Source of the DNA: Balamuthia mandrillaris
Taxonomy: Eukaryota
Direction of reading: 5' to 3'
DNA length: 64,000 nucleotides
Assembly: GCA_031835245.2 (NCBI GenBank)
Contig: JAVKOQ020000008.1
Span: forward strand, 1 to 64,000
Shown here: piece after piece, positions 30,592 through 43,339 of the stretch
Layout: the number at the start of each line of letters is the position of its first letter
Numbering within the stretch: position 1 is the stretch's first letter
Program-made: the position numbers and the translations under genes
The notes under the pieces: generated by a model
Seen by the model: only the letters and a program-made list of their open reading frames with translations
Databases searched by the model: none
Told to the model about the DNA's origin: nothing

Positions 30592-32974
30592 ATGGGGCTT
30601 GGGGTGTCTCGCACGCGTTCCCACTCGGTGGGTTGCCCCTCACTCCCTGATTTGTCGCCTACGTCCTCCCCTTCTGCTGTTGGCGCCTCCCCTATCGCCT
30701 TGTATGCCAGGAGAGCCTCTACGGACCGTGGAAACTCCCCTTCCCCCCCTGCCATCTCTGCTCTCTCGTTTGATGACCATGGTTTTAATCTCTCTTCTCT
30801 TGGCTTGTTGGTCCTCTTCTACATTCTTGTTCTCCTTGTTCTTTTTCTTTTCCTTTCTTGTTATTCTTGTTCTTGTTCTTGTTCTTGTTCTTGTTCTTGT
30901 TCTTGTTCTTGTTCTCCTTCTTCATTCTTCATTCTTCATTCTTCATTCTTCATTCTTCATTCTTCATTCTTCTTCTTGTTCTTGTTCTTGTTCTTGTTCT
31001 TGTTCTTCTTGTTCTTCTTCTTCTTCTTCTTCTTCTCTTCCGTGACCGCTTCTTCTGCTCTTGCTCTTCATCCTCCTCTGTTATGTAAGATAAAGCTTGG
31101 GTTAACATATATTTTGGATTAAATAAAGGACAAGAGACAACTACAATACCAACCGTGCTAACTTGGAACCAAGGAGGAGGAAGGGTATCCGTCATTGGCA
31201 CGTGGGACGGATGGCAGTCCCCCATTCCGCTTACTAGGAGCGTCAATGACTTTGTAACAATACTGGAACTACCACCCGGCCTCCACCAGTATTTTATCCT
31301 TTCTCCCTTATTCCTCAGTCATTCTTCTTTTTTCTCTCCTCTTTTCCTTCTTCTATATTTCCTTTCTTTGTTCTTTTCGTTTTCTTTCTTTTTTCCTTTT
31401 TCCCTCCCTTAACGTGTTTTTGTGGCGGGCAGGTATGCGTTTTTGGTGGATGGACAAAGGGTACATGCCCCCGACCAACCCATTGCTGCCAATCTGGAAG
31501 GCAGTCTCAACAACTGTATAGAAGTCAAACCCTTTTCTCTTGACACCGATATCACAGGTAAAGTTTACACGAAATAATATACAGAAGAGAGCAAAGTTAT
31601 TTACGCTTTTTATTAAAACGTTTAAAATGAACAGAAAGAGAATCACCACCAGGCAGTTATTCACAAGAGATCCCACGCGAGTTTTGCAAAGCAGACCGCA
31701 AGAAAAAGACAAACCGCAACAACGGCAGGAGCAGTCCCCTCTCTCGCAACCGCTTACGCTCCTTCCGACTTCAAACTAACAATAATGCCAACAGCAACAA
31801 TTGCACAAATTCCCCAACGACAAGCATAAGCAAAAACAACATCACTATTAACCAAACGACTGCCGTTGAAGATTTGGCGATAGAGTCGATGGGCTATCAA
31901 AAAGTGGATGATATGATGGAGGACGGAACGCTCGGCTTATTTGAAATCGAGTTGGAAGCAGCCGAGACAGGATTCAGCGTGAGCGACGATAGCGAATCTC
32001 CTTCTTCGCCATTGATGATGATGGATATTCATCGCAATGTTGAAGAAGGTTTAACAACCGGAATGATGGTGGCGAATCACAATGACATCGCAAACAACGA
32101 CAATAATGATCAAGCCATCGACAACGTGGGTGTTGATGTCGGTGAATTGGCTATAGATGACATTGAAACAGGCGAAGCCTGGTCTCCTCGTTTTGCATCA
32201 CCGCCACTGTTTTCTGCTCTACCCTTTGCATCTCCTTCTTCCGCCCCTTCCACTCCCGCCACTTCCATGGCCACTCCTCTTCCTCCAGCCTACATCACAC
32301 CCTCGCTTGCTTTGCCTCCTACCTCACCCCTGCCTCCTTCGTCTTCATCTTCGTCATCGTCTTCTTCTTCCTCAACTACAACAATAATGTTGACACCTGT
32401 TTCTTCTCCCAATAACAACACCATTCTAGTTCCTCCTCCTCTGCGTTTGCCCCCGTTGCAATCTTCGTCTATTGAAGGAGGAACCGTCATAGAGTTTCTC
32501 TCCATGAAACGCCGTCCACCTCGCATTCCAATCATGCTCAAAGAACCTCCTTCTGTTCCTCGCCACCTCATCCGAAGTGTTCTCAACAACACTTCTTCTC
32601 CTCCGTCATCTTCCTCCTCTTCCTCCAGCCATTACCCTCATCACTTTCCTCCTTATCTTCAACATCAAGAAGACGACAAAGATGCATCGGTGGTGCCACA
32701 ACCGCAACACGTCGTTCTGAATCATTTATACCGGAAAACGTACAAGGAGGAGAATCCTCGTTCTACTTTTGGCGGAGGCGGCGTTGGCGCTGTTGGCGGC
32801 GGCTTGTTCTTTTGGTTGGGAGGGGAGAGAGATTCTCATCACCACCACAGCAATAGCGATGATATGGCGATGGTGATGGGATTGGCCGTTACCACTCGCT
32901 ACAGAGACAGGTTCGTTACGACGGTGTTTTATAAGCCTAAACCGGTGAGGAAAGGACGTACCCTCAGCGTTTAA
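30592..32974 (+). CDS. AMPK/SNF1 beta-subunit-like protein (N-terminal MG, CBM48, ASC domain) with long low-complexity insert
   Basis: PTVLTWNQGGGRVSVIGTWDGW...LELPPGLHQYAFLVDGQ...GSLNNCIEV; C-terminal EPPSVPRHL...PQPQHVVLNHLY...TTRYRDRFVTTVFYKP. Confidence 0.88.
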
Positions 32975-33220
32975 GTTCGTTGGGGAAAGAAGGCTCTGCT
33001 TCCCTGTATCTTCTTGTAATTTTTCCTTTTTTTTTTTTTATTTTGGTTTTGTTCTTTTTTTTTAAAAAAAAGAATTCTATAGTTGTGTTGTCTTTTGTTG
33101 CTTTAAGTCCTTTAAAACACCGGGCAGTTTAAATTCTTAACAAGTGGTAAAGTATTAAGTATAAAGCTATTTACTGTATGTACATACATTAGCAAAAAAA
33201 GCATGGCAGGGGAGTATGTG

Positions 33221-34894
33221 CTATGCACGGATCAGAGTTTCGTGCGGCCGTCTCGTCGTACTATTCGAGCTTTTGTTGCTGCTGTTGTTGTTGGGGGCAG
33301 AAGGATGAGGAGGAGAAGAATGGTGATGATGACCCGCATGGAGATGACGGCCAGGGTGGTGATGTTGGTGCTTTTGTGGTGGTAACGATGTTGACAGCGG
33401 TGAATAGGGTGGCGAGATTGGTGGTGCCCTCGTGGAAGGAGTGGTGGGGGGTCGTTGTTGCGGTGTACTTCGTGTTTGGTCACTGTTAACAGGAGCAGAA
33501 GGGGATGGGGATGGAAAAGAAGGAAGCTGATGAGGGGCTGCTGTTGAGGATGACGGTGGAGGGTCAAACGCTTTATCACGAGGACGGTGCGTGGGTGATG
33601 AAACGACTTGTGCGTGAGGTAATATTGATATTCTCTCTTGTGGTGTTGGTTTCAACGAAAATGCAATTGCAGAGGGTGAAGGCGTCGGTGGCGATAATGA
33701 GGGAGGTGGAGGATTGAGGACAGAAAAATCTGTGTTCGTTGTGGGGATTGTTGTTGTTGGTGTTAAAGAGGAGCTTGTTTTTGTTGTTACTTGCGTTTTT
33801 GTTGTTGAATCGTCTACAGCTGCATAAAGCTTCTCGTGGCAGATGGTGGTCGAAGCTACTTCTCCTTCTTTCCCCATCAGTTCCTCTGATCCTTCAACCT
33901 CTTTCATTTGGGCTTGACGGTTTGATGAAAGAGGACCGGTTTGTGCCACCTCTCGTTCTTCGTTTTGTGCTTCATTGCATGTTGCCACTGCGCCTACATC
34001 AGAAACAGAGGACGAAGGAGGAGACGGAGATGAAGTGTTGCGTGGAAGAGCAATTTCCACATGATGACGTTCTGGCGAGCTGACGGTCCTCCTCCGCTTC
34101 GAAGGAAAGAAACAGGGCGAAGGAGCCGAGGCTGCATCTTCGATGCCGCTTGAGAACGACGAAGTGCTGCTAGAAGAAGAGCAAGAATAGGAAGACGTGA
34201 GACAAGGTCTCACACCACCGCCAACAGCACAACCGCCATTCATGAAGTAATGCTGTTCCATGCGTGCCACACGAGAGAGCACCATCCTTTGCAACGCCCC
34301 GTTATGTGCTTTGCTTCCAAGCACCACACCCAGGGGAGAACAACACGAAGAAGAGGAGGTCCTCCTGCGAGCCACCCCGGCTCCTCCGTTTCCACCACCA
34401 CCACCAATGAAAACCTCTTTGGTGAGCAGAGCTCCGTGGTCCATCAGCACTTCAGCGCACTCCAGGAGCTCGTGGGTGAGGGCCAGGTAGAGAGGGGTGA
34501 AGCCCTCCTCGGTGGTGTAGTTCGGGTCGGCCCCTTTGAAAAGGAAGCGGCGGAGGTCCGAGGGGTTGTCCTCCAGCACGCTCATCACCAGGAATCGGCC
34601 AAAGTAGGCGGCCGGGTCTCTGCCTTGGGCGGCGACCACGGTGGGGTCCTCCTCAATGGAGCGTTGGGTGGACTGGAATATGCGATGTCGTTTTCTCTTC
34701 TTTGATTGACCCCGAGGAGGGGAAGCTGTGGAGGACACGTTATCCGAAGAAGGTATTGGCTCATCGTACGTTGAGGTGGTGGTAGTAGTGGCGGTGTCGT
34801 TGCTGCAACCCCACCAATAAACCTTTTCTCCTTCCTCACAGGTGGTGGCTCCTGGCAGGAAAGAGCGCTTCAAAAAGTCTATTGCAGCTTTCAT
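33221..34894 (-). CDS. Ankyrin-repeat protein with long Ser/Pro/Thr-rich tail, apparently single exon
   Basis: 557-aa ORF; LRRFLFKGADPNYTTEEGFTPLYLALTHELLECAEVLMDHGA. Confidence 0.75.
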   Translation of the reverse strand: MKAAIDFLKRSFLPGATTCEEGEKVYWWGCSNDTATTTTTSTYDEPIPSSDNVSSTASPPRGQSKKRKRHRIFQSTQRSIEEDPTVVAAQGRDPAAYFGRFLVMSVLEDNPSDLRRFLFKGADPNYTTEEGFTPLYLALTHELLECAEVLMDHGALLTKEVFIGGGGGNGGAGVARRRTSSSSCCSPLGVVLGSKAHNGALQRMVLSRVARMEQHYFMNGGCAVGGGVRPCLTSSYSCSSSSSTSSFSSGIEDAASAPSPCFFPSKRRRTVSSPERHHVEIALPRNTSSPSPPSSSVSDVGAVATCNEAQNEEREVAQTGPLSSNRQAQMKEVEGSEELMGKEGEVASTTICHEKLYAAVDDSTTKTQVTTKTSSSLTPTTTIPTTNTDFSVLNPPPPSLSPPTPSPSAIAFSLKPTPQERISILPHAQVVSSPTHRPRDKAFDPPPSSSTAAPHQLPSFPSPSPSAPVNSDQTRSTPQQRPPTTPSTRAPPISPPYSPLSTSLPPQKHQHHHPGRHLHAGHHHHSSPPHPSAPNNNSSNKSSNSTTRRPHETLIRA

Positions 34895-35083
34895 TTTTTT
34901 TTGTTTTTTTGTTTTTTTGGACCCACCAAAGCCTTGTTTTAACTCATCCGCAAGTTAGCCAAACCAGTCAGTCACTAGCAGCAGCAGCAAGAACCTTTGG
35001 CCGCCTCCCACTTGATCCAAGAGCCTGCTTGCGAAGGGTAAACCTTTTCCTTCCTTCTCTCTGTCTACAAAAATTGTAATGTA

Positions 35084-35109
35084 TGACGTCATCACAAGGA
35101 ATGACGTCA
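35084..35109. promoter_or_regulatory. Two TGACGTCA (CRE/bZIP-type) palindromes upstream of the ankyrin gene
   Basis: Perfect TGACGTCA at 35084-35091 and 35102-35109, ~190-215 bp upstream of the ATG at 34894. Confidence 0.45.
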
Positions 35110-35185
35110 GTCGAAATCTACGAGGAGTCATTTTTTCATACTTAAATTTTTTGTGTACAAATTTTCTTTATTTAAATTATTTTTT

Positions 35186-36344
35186 TTAGGGCTCAGACAC
35201 TTCCACCGCTTGCGGACCGTTCTCGGCGTTGGATGAAGCAGTCCCCTCTTCCTGGGAAGGAATGGTAGCAGGAGGTAAAGGCTCTTGGGGAGGGTTGAGC
35301 TTGCCTCGAAGGCCCAAAGCCGGACCACGATAAGGCGAATGAGAAGCCACATTCAGAGTGGAGCTGCGTCCTCGTCTTGCCATCATTTCCAGGTTGGCGT
35401 TGTTGCAGCAGCTCTCGTCCGTTCGTTTGGCAGCTTCTTTCATTCGGGCCTCTATATAAGCCATGTTCGCAGCATTGACCTGAGCCATGATGCTTCCTGT
35501 CCTCTTTCGGAGCTGTTGGATAGATCCATCAGCGCCACCTCCGTTGAGACTTGCTCCGCCACTTTCACTTGCCCCTCCTCTTGGAGATTTCTGCACGCTT
35601 GCTTTGTTCTGTGCCTTGGTTCTTGGCTCCGGGCTGGCTGGGGCGGAAGAAGACAATGCGGAAACAGAAAGAACAGCCAATGATTGGCGTCTCTGCTGGT
35701 GCAATTCCGTTCGTCGGTTTCTAAAGAGAGCACCGCTCGCAAGTTGGTTCATGATCTCTTCTGGAGGAGAAGTTCCCACTTCGTTATTGTTGTGGCCAGC
35801 TTCATGTTGATGACTACTATTGCCAAGACCCAACCAACGAGAGAACGTGGAGGCAGTAGAGTTGCTTTCTTTCTTTTGTTGTTCGCTTTCTTCTCGTTTT
35901 TGTCGTTGAATGTTTTCGTAGTGAGCCCTATCAAAGTTGGCCATGAAGCTGGACAACACCCGGAAAAGCTTGGTGGGAGTGGTCTTCTGTTGCGGCTCTG
36001 CCAAAGCTTCAGCCAAAGCAGCAAATTCCTCTTCCAATGCAATCGATCCAGTTTTGAGCTCTTCCACGGATGTTCTGTTGTTGTTGACAAACTCGCCCAT
36101 CACCGAATAAAACCGATCCTTGTTTTCTGTTTGTTGGTTGTTGTTGCTGCCAGTTTCTTCTTTGTGGTTTTCTTCGGGTGTAGACTCTTTGCTTTCGTTT
36201 TCTTCTTGTTCGTTGGTGTCGGTGTTGTTGGGAATGAGTTTGAGTTCTTGTTCGATGTGATGGATGCCCTCTACCAACTTCTTCACTCCTTCCCGCAGAG
36301 AACATAACACAACTGGTGAAAAAAGAGACAATATTGAGCAAGTG

Positions 36345-36382
<38 letters not shown>

Positions 36383-36631
36383 GAGTGCGAGAGAGAGAGA
36401 AAGGGAGAGAAGCAGAGAAAACATAGAACAAAGAAAGTACCTCGTGAAGCAGGTTCTACATGAGAAAGCTCTTGCGAAAAGTCCAACAGATTCTCATGTT
36501 TAGTGGCCACAGCATTCGCCAAGAAATGAGTCAACGTTATTTGTCCATCTGATGACTGTTATAAGTGGTTTTGTTTAGTTTCATATATTATGTCACTCCT
36601 TCTCGTCTCATCTCATCTTCTGTCGTCTCTA

Positions 36632-36680
<49 letters not shown>

Positions 36681-37305
36681 CTTGACCTTAACTTACCTTC
36701 AAGTCAGCAAGTTTGCTCAAAGCATTGAGCTTAAAGCCGGAGGCTTGGCCACGATAACTGCCTGCGTTGAGATAATTACCAATAGCGAGTATCACTCCGA
36801 AGATTCCTTTGAGCTTGTGACTCTGCTCCACTTCTCTTATGGCTGTTCGCACTGTCTCAACGTCCTGTTGTTTTTCGTTTCGTTCAGAAAAAGAGGAACC
36901 TTCGGAGAACAAAAAAGAAATAAAGGAAGCAAGAAGAAGAAGGACGAATGTATACAAACCGGTTGAACATTAGAATACAGTTCCGCAAACTCAAGCTTGA
37001 ACTTCAGAGCCACAAGCCGCTGCTCCAGTCGAGGAACGTTTCTAATCGCCCAAAAGTACTGCTCCAATGCGCCCAAACGAGACCTGTCTTTCTCCGGAAA
37101 CGCTTCGATTCTGTCCAAGTCTTCTGGGGAAGGCACAAAGTCCATCAAACCGGTGACAACATCTCCTGTAAGGATGTCTTCGTCGAGTTGGAGCAAAGCG
37201 TTGAGTAACTCTTCGTTGCTTTTTCCCAACTTTGAAAGAAAGATTGCTATAACGATACATAGAATGTTAAAATAGAGGAGGAGCGAGAAAGCGAAGAGAG
37301 AAGCG

Positions 37306-37342
<37 letters not shown>

Positions 37343-39260
37343 ACGATAAAAGAGAACGAGAAAGTACCTCCTCGGTTCGCCAGCAAAGGTTCCAACAAAG
37401 TGATCGGCCCCTCTTCCTTCTCCTTTACCTCTTCTCCTTCCTTCTTCTCCGCTTCTTGGTGCTCTCCTTTCTCATCATTTGCAATGACTTCCTTGGAAAA
37501 CAGCTCCTCCAAAGCTTTGGTGTTCAGCTCTCTCAAAGCAGAGCTGTCATCAATGCCCCTCCAGAAGGAAGAAAGAGAAGCGGCAGAGCCAGGGAGCTTC
37601 ACCCAGCTCAACGGCTTCAACTGCTTGTGGCTGGGATAGATGAGTACTTTCGGACGGAATGGAAGACCTCCGCCTGGTCCGGTCGTGACGGATCGTGCTC
37701 TGTATGTCCTTACGTTATGTTGAGAGGAGGAAGACAAAGAAGAGCCATCGTCACTTGGATAAGATAGATCGTTGGTGGCCGGTTCTGCTTCTTCGTCTTC
37801 AGTCTTGTCGCAGTGGGTGTTGGTTGCTTTAGACTCGCCTTCGGCATCTGTTGGCTGTTCTTCTTCCGTCTTCGTTGTTGCAGTTTGTACTCTTCTCGTA
37901 TGGGCAAAGCGGATAAAGTGTTCGGGGTCGGCGATGGTACAGGCTATGCCATGCTCGCACTCCTCTCTTTCTTCTCTTGGCGTTGGTTGCTGGTTTGCTG
38001 CCTCAGGTGCTGCTTCTTTTTCGTCGAGAGTACCTTTTCGTTTCTTCTTTTTCTCTTTCTTTTTCTCTTTCTTTTCGGCGATCTCCTTTCGTTTTTGTTG
38101 TCTGTCGACTTTCTTCTTTGCCTTCTTCTCGTTCTTCTTCGCTTTCGCTTTGCCTCCACTCTCTTTGTCGTCTCCTTCATCAATCTCTTCTTTGGCGTCT
38201 TCCGTTTCCGTGTCTTCCATCAACGAAGAACAGGAGTAAGCTCTCGCAAAGACGCGCGCAGAGGTCTCCTCCGAAAGAGCCGTCTCGCTCTCTTGCAACA
38301 CTTTTTGCAGCACGGCTTGCAGCTCTTGTATCCGTTTGTTCAGGAGAACAACTTTGCTCCGATGGACTTGTTTCATGTCTTCCAACTCCGATGAAGATAT
38401 CAACATGAGCTTGTGGGTTTTGTCGTTTTCGTTTGAGGAAGCAGCAATGGTCAGGTAATAGTCTTTCAAAAGAGAGGCAAGTCCATTCCAAACTTCAGCA
38501 CTATAACGACAAAGAACAAACCTCATTATTTAAACCATAACAAGAAGAAGAAGAAGAAGAAGAAGAAGAAGAAGAACAAGAAGAAGAACAAGAAGAAGAA
38601 GAAGAAGAACAAGAACAAGAACAAGAACAAGAAGAAGAAGAAGAAGAAGAAGAAGAAGAAGAAGAACAAGAACAAGAAGAAGAAGAAGAAGAAGAAGAAG
38701 AAGAAGAAGAAGAACAAGAAGAACAAGAACAAACCTGCCCAAATGAGTGGTTGCAGTTTTGGTGAGCGACTGCAGTACCGAAAGGAAGGCATCGTGGTTG
38801 GGTCCATCCTGCGCACTCCGCTTTATCACATGAAACATGGCATCAGCATTCTCAGCACTCACTCCGGCAATCCTATTCAAAACAAGAGAGAACATCAATC
38901 CTCTTCTTGATAGTTCAACAAAAATGCATTCAAAGTTACCGGAAGCTTGCTGTTCGTTTCAACTCGTTTTCATCTTGTTTCGTTTCTTCTTCGTAGACCT
39001 TCAACAGACTCATCATCTGCTCCGACTGATCCTTCCACGTGAGCAAAAGCTTGTTCCTCACCTCGGCAAAGCCCAGTTCCTCCTCAAGCTCTTGTCGCAA
39101 CATCATCCTCGTATCGACATCGGGAGGAGAGTTGACGACAGCGTTCAAGAAGCTTAGTGCTTGCAAGAGAAACTCAAGGTCTTCTTCTTTGTCTAGTGAT
39201 TGTATCACCGTTTCGAATCGTTTACGCTCTGAATCGGTTAAAGTTTTGGTTAACAACGAG

Positions 39261-39298
<38 letters not shown>

Positions 39299-39661
39299 GT
39301 GAGTGAAGCGAGCCGGAGGAGGAGAGAATGGAAGAACAAACCTTTCTTCTCTTGTTTGTACCAGGAGAAAGCGTCTAAAACGATCTCAGTTCCGTTCTCG
39401 GGCTCCAAGATGCAGAACAAAGACAACAGCCGTAGCACGCTCGCCTTCAAGCGTACATCTTCCGTGGAGAGCGTTCGTAGCACGTCTTTGATGGCGGTGG
39501 GGTTGTTGAGAGTGCGACGGGCGCGAGGAACTGCCGTAACCATTACCTCTAACACTTTGAGGCATTCGGCTTGAACGGAGAGATCCAGCGCGTTCGTTCT
39601 TGACTTGTTGTTCTTCTCCTGAACAGGTTGTAAACCAGAAAGCTTAGCAATGAGTGGCCTT

Positions 39662-39694
<33 letters not shown>

Positions 39695-40311
39695 ATTCTC
39701 CAGTTTCTCTTCTCTTCCCTTCTCTTTGTCGCTTTACGCAACAAACGAACCTGAAGCAAAGAGAGCAACACGGCAAGACCCTTTTCGGCCATGAAGGACG
39801 TGGTCCACCCTTCAACTTCGCTTTGTTCTGAGGTCAGAAACCGTCGAAGCTTCTGCAACGCCTCCAAGGGTTGTTGCTCCTCTTTGAAAGTGGCAACAAA
39901 GTCTTTCGGAGCAAAGCCTGAAGGCCATTCTTTCTCCACTGAATGGCTCCTGTTTGTGAGGAGGACAAAAAAAAGGGGGGGTGAGCTGAAGAAGAAAAAA
40001 AAATGGAGTGAAAAAAAAAGAGAGCACTGTTACGTGTTGGCGGAAGGCTTTTTCTTCCTCTGCTTCTTCTTCTTTTTATTCTCGAGGGAAGAGGCAGCAG
40101 AGGGTTTTGTGGCAGCTTTCTCGCTTTTCTTCTTCTTGGGACGCTCTGCGGAGCTTTCTTTCCTTGGGGAGGTTCGCCCAGGGTTGTTGCCTTTTTGAAG
40201 CCACCCGCCAAGCCCTGGCGGTGGCTGCGCTCCCTTTGTGTTTGGGCCAGAAGCGGTGCTGCTCCCTTTGGTTTTCTTCTTTGGGTTGCTCTTCGTGCTC
40301 TTCCCTTCCAT
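35186..40311 (-). CDS. Diaphanous-related formin (GBD/FH3, FH2, DAD) lacking FH1 and carrying a PBZ-like zinc finger
   Basis: FH3 LSFLNAVVNSPPDVDTRMMLRQEL; FH2 LKPLSWVKL, ILAIGNYLNAGSYRGQASGFKLNALSKLADLKS, ITLTHFL; DAD EIMNQLASGALFRNRR. Confidence 0.88.
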
Positions 40312-40712
40312 TCTCTTTTTTTTTTTTGTTTTGCTCTCCCTGACGCAGCCAAGGGTTAGTGTGGTTGGGCAATAAAACGCGTTTCTTATCGCATCTCTTT
40401 ATTTGTCCGTTGTTCCTATAACATTTTATCGAGTTACCGAGCATCGCGATATAGAAGATTTCCTTTCCAGAATATTTAATAATTGAATTTTTAATATGTT
40501 TTCCAACCAATGGGAGCACTGATTATCGGCAAAAAAAGTCCATATTCTCTGATTTATCGATAATTTACTGGCGAATTGACTACTTCGTGTTTTATTCAAT
40601 CGGATCGATAATTTTTCGCGCTTATTATATGTCGACACGAATATATCGATATTATGTGCTTACTTACAAGATATTTTCAATGCTTTCTCTCTCTCCTCCA
40701 GCTTCGTTGGTT

Positions 40713-42548
<1,836 letters not shown>

Positions 42549-43339
42549 GCTGCTTGAGGTGCGTGCGTTAGGTGTGTGTGCGCGTTTGGTTTTGTTGGTG
42601 TGTGAAGTTCGTTAGCGTTACAAGGCAGAATGGGACAATAACAAGAAAAAAGGTGAAACGCATGACAACAACAACAAAACCTTTTCTTCGGCCATTCAGG
42701 TGTTTTATTGGCCTATATTAACCTCAGCAATTTCGGATAAATTTAGGGCTCTCGCGATTCGAATGGGTTGTTCCTTTGCGGGGAGTCATAAGACGGAGTT
42801 GGACATGTCTGATAGGGAGAGCTGCGGGGCCAAATAGCTGAGGGTGATCCAATCGGAATGTAGCATTTAAGGTAATGCTTACGTCCGCGCCACGTTTTTT
42901 GATCGATTCTGCCCCTCAGACGACACGTGTGTTTACATTCTTTGGATGCTTTGCATTCCACTGAAAAACAAGAAAGAAACGACAAGAAAGAAAGAAAGAA
43001 AGAAACGACAAGAAAGTAACGACAAGAGAGAAAGAAACGGCAAGAAAGAAAGAAAGTAACGACAAGAAAGTAACGACAAGAAAGTAACGACAAGAAAGAA
43101 AGAAAGAAAGCCAAAGAACAAAGAAACAAACGACTGAGAAAAAAGAGAGAGAACCGTGTTGGTCACCACGGTTCGTTTTGTGTTTTGTTCTGTGTAAAAG
43201 GGTTGGGCAAAAAGTGACCAGCTGGCCAACACGGTTCAACGGTAAGTATTCACACTATTTACTTCCACAAAGGAGTCGAATGAACATGAAACGTCTGTTT
43301 CTGGTTCCTATCTGCCTTTCGTTTGTTCGTTGTTCCATC

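Noticed and set aside
42750..42766. ATTCGAATC T-loop/B-box-like word suggesting a tRNA
   Set aside because: No T-stem or cloverleaf can be built; no tRNA or rRNA gene was recognised anywhere in the window
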